Of a stretch of DNA of 64,000 bases, positions 61,818-64,000 are shown piece by piece. Position numbers and translations under genes: made by a program. The notes under the pieces are model-generated. The model did no database searches and was not told where the DNA came from. It was given only the letters and a program-made list of their open reading frames with translations. Position 1 is the first letter of the stretch. The number at the start of each line of letters is the position of its first letter. This stretch comes from an uncultured bacterium (GTDB lineage Bacteria > Actinomycetota > Actinomycetes > Actinomycetales > Microbacteriaceae), in assembly GCA_963787305.1 (NCBI GenBank), contig CAWBCL010000001.1, positions 22,724 to 86,723 of the forward strand, read 5' to 3'.

Positions 61818-62577
61818 ACCTCGCGGGAACGGCGACCGCGCCGATGGTGCTCCCAGAGAGGCTCTGCACAGCGCGCCCGTCAACCGGCGCGCTCAACCTC
61901 ACCGGGATGAGCAGCGACCCGGTGACCGGTTGGTCGGTCGCGCAGGCGGTGGCGACGTCGGCCGCGTTGGGCGCGCCAGTCGGCAGTCCGTAGTAGACCG
62001 CGATCTGTATCGTCTCCGCCGATTGGATTACGGTTACCGCCCGCGGGATGCACAGCAGGGGTCCTCGAACGTGAACGACGATTGTGGCGTAGTCGAGCGC
62101 GCGGTTGCCTACGGCGGGTAGTCCTCCCACGTAGCCGGGGATGTCGCTGTTTCCGAGGAGGCTGAAGTTGTGGAGACGGTCGAAGTACTCGGGAACCTCC
62201 GCCGAGACATCCTGGTAGCCGAGGATCGGAGTGTCGACTAGTCCTGTCGCGGGTGCGGTGAGCGCCGAGATGACCCGGTTGACGACGAGCGGGTCGGGCG
62301 ACCCCCACATCTGTTCAATTCTGGTTGGCGCCGGAGCGCTCTCGGGCTGAACCGTCAGGCCCGACACTGACGTGGCTCCGACAACGACGAGCAGGGCGAG
62401 AGCTCCAGCCCCGCTGACCACGCGACGCAACCCGTACGAGGCGCCACCGGGCTCGTGGCGGTATCCGTCGGAGACGCTCCACGCCGCGAGAGCACGCCAC
62501 TGACTTCTCGGTGCAACTACGCCCCAGAGAAGAATCAGCCCCAGCGTGACCGCCAGGGCAGCAAATACCCAGCTCAC
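61765..62577 (-). CDS. Hypothetical membrane protein
   Basis: Two N-terminal TM helices with W..SD...EP and a Cys pair; the last ~17 codons run into the 14-bp array. Confidence 0.65.
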   Translation of the reverse strand: MSWVFAALAVTLGLILLWGVVAPRSQWRALAAWSVSDGYRHEPGGASYGLRRVVSGAGALALLVVVGATSVSGLTVQPESAPAPTRIEQMWGSPDPLVVNRVISALTAPATGLVDTPILGYQDVSAEVPEYFDRLHNFSLLGNSDIPGYVGGLPAVGNRALDYATIVVHVRGPLLCIPRAVTVIQSAETIQIAVYYGLPTGAPNAADVATACATDQPVTGSLLIPVRLSAPVDGRAVQSLSGSTIGAVAVPARSRLCARGCAPRAVNFAP

Positions 62578-62663
62578 CCTACGACCCTACGTTGTCTCGC
62601 ATCCCCCTCGGTTCAGAAGGCCCAACGCACGGTAACAATTCGACAAATTATCAGCAGATCCGA

Positions 62664-64000
62664 CTACGCGAGTTCGTTTGACTCCAGCATCTCCGTCACG
62701 AGCGCGGCAATCGCCGACCGCTCCGACCGGGTGAGGGTGATGTGTCCGAACAACGCGTGCCCCTTCAGGGTTTCGATGACGGATGCCACGCCATCGTGTC
62801 GCCCGACCCTCAGGTTGTCCCGCTGGGCGACATCGTGCGTGAGCACCACACGCGAGTTCTGCCCGATCCGCGACAACACGGTCAGCAGAACGTTGCGCTC
62901 GAGGGACTGCGCCTCGTCGACGATCACGAAGGCGTCGTGCAACGAGCGGCCACGGATGTGAGTCAGCGGAAGCACCTCGAGAAGTCCGCGTTCGATGACC
63001 TCGTCGAGCACGTTCTGCGAGACGACCGAGCCGAGGGTGTCGAACACCGCCTGAGCCCACGGGTTCATCTTCTCTGCGGCATCCCCCGGCAGGAAGCCCA
63101 GCTCCTGGCCGCCGACCGCGTACAACGGGCGGAAGACCATGATCTTGCGGTGCTGCTGCTTCTCCAGCACCGCCTCCAGCCCGGCGCAGAGGGCGAGGGC
63201 CGACTTGCCGGTTCCTGCCCGGCCACCCAACGAGACGATCCCGATCTCGGGGTCGAGCAACAGGTCGATCGCGAGCCGCTGTTCGGCGCTGCGCCCGTGC
63301 AGACCGAAGATGTCGCGATCTCCACGAACCAGCTTCATCTCACCGCGCGCGGCGACGCGGCCCAGGGCCGACCCGCGGTCTGAGTGAATGATCAACCCGG
63401 TGTTCACCGGCAGGTCTTGCACCAGACGCGAGTGCAGCTGTTCGTTGTCGTAGAGCTGAGCCATCTGCTCCGACGTCAGGTCGATCTCGGCCTGACCCGT
63501 CCAGCCCGAGTCGACGGCGAGTTCGGCGCGATACTCCTCGGCAGCAAGGCCTATGGATGCCGCCTTCACCCGCAACGGCAGGTCTTTGGAGACCACGGTG
63601 ACGGCGAGCCCCTCGTTGGCGAGGTTGAGGGCGACCGCGAGGATTCGCGAGTCGTTGTCGCCGAGCTGGAGGCCGGAGGGCAACACCGACATGTTCGAGT
63701 GGTTCAGTTCGACCCGCAGCGAACCGCCGTCCCCGACAGCGATCGGGAAGTCGAGGCGTTCGTGCTTGACCCGAAGCTCGTCAAGATTGCGAAGCGCTTG
63801 CCTGGCGAAGTATCCGATCTCCGGATCGTTGCGCTTGGCCTCGAGTTCGGTGATCACGATGACCGGCAGCACAACGTGATGCTCGGCGAAGCGGAACGCG
63901 GCCTTCGGATCCGAGAGGAGAACCGAGGTATCCAGCACATAGGTGCGCTCGGCGACGGCAGTAGACCTGCTGGCCGACCTCCCCGTCTGCTGCGCGTTCT
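62664..64000 (-). CDS. PIN-PhoH (PhoH2-type) protein, 5' end beyond the window
   Basis: YVLDTSVLL (PIN), [28 protein letters not shown]; the frame stays open to the window edge. Confidence 0.92.
   Translation of the reverse strand, partial: NAQQTGRSASRSTAVAERTYVLDTSVLLSDPKAAFRFAEHHVVLPVIVITELEAKRNDPEIGYFARQALRNLDELRVKHERLDFPIAVGDGGSLRVELNHSNMSVLPSGLQLGDNDSRILAVALNLANEGLAVTVVSKDLPLRVKAASIGLAAEEYRAELAVDSGWTGQAEIDLTSEQMAQLYDNEQLHSRLVQDLPVNTGLIIHSDRGSALGRVAARGEMKLVRGDRDIFGLHGRSAEQRLAIDLLLDPEIGIVSLGGRAGTGKSALALCAGLEAVLEKQQHRKIMVFRPLYAVGGQELGFLPGDAAEKMNPWAQAVFDTLGSVVSQNVLDEVIERGLLEVLPLTHIRGRSLHDAFVIVDEAQSLERNVLLTVLSRIGQNSRVVLTHDVAQRDNLRVGRHDGVASVIETLKGHALFGHITLTRSERSAIAALVTEMLESNELA

Overview
High-GC (~68% by eye) actinobacterial chromosome segment. 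Gene order and products point to Microbacteriaceae. It is mostly housekeeping: pepP-mgtE-mrp-tatB, dapE/dapD/dapC-fdxA, gltA, typA, a peptide ABC transporter, gcvT/H/P under a tandem glycine riboswitch, ychF, rmuC, glpX/fbaA, ispH, xseAB, fumC and a PIN-PhoH gene. I found no rRNA, tRNA, CRISPR array, integrase or transposase. Scattered single-base frameshifts, several in conserved genes, suggest a long-read consensus with indel errors. The most striking structure is downstream of ychF. The ychF 3' end occurs three times in tandem (40601, 39160, 38463). The 88-bp copy differs only at synonymous sites, and each copy is followed by its own small cargo genes, which looks like an integrase-free cassette stack built by repeated 3'-end replacement. 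Other points: REP-like elements translated in-frame inside gcvP; an antisense gene flanked by a duplicated stop/start junction inside the ABC operon; a sphingosine-1-phosphate-lyase-like/MFS/aldehyde dehydrogenase trio; apparent over-representation of GGATGC/GCATCC; DNA-damage-type promoters; and a 14-bp tandem array upstream of a prepilin peptidase. All counts and alignments were done by hand.
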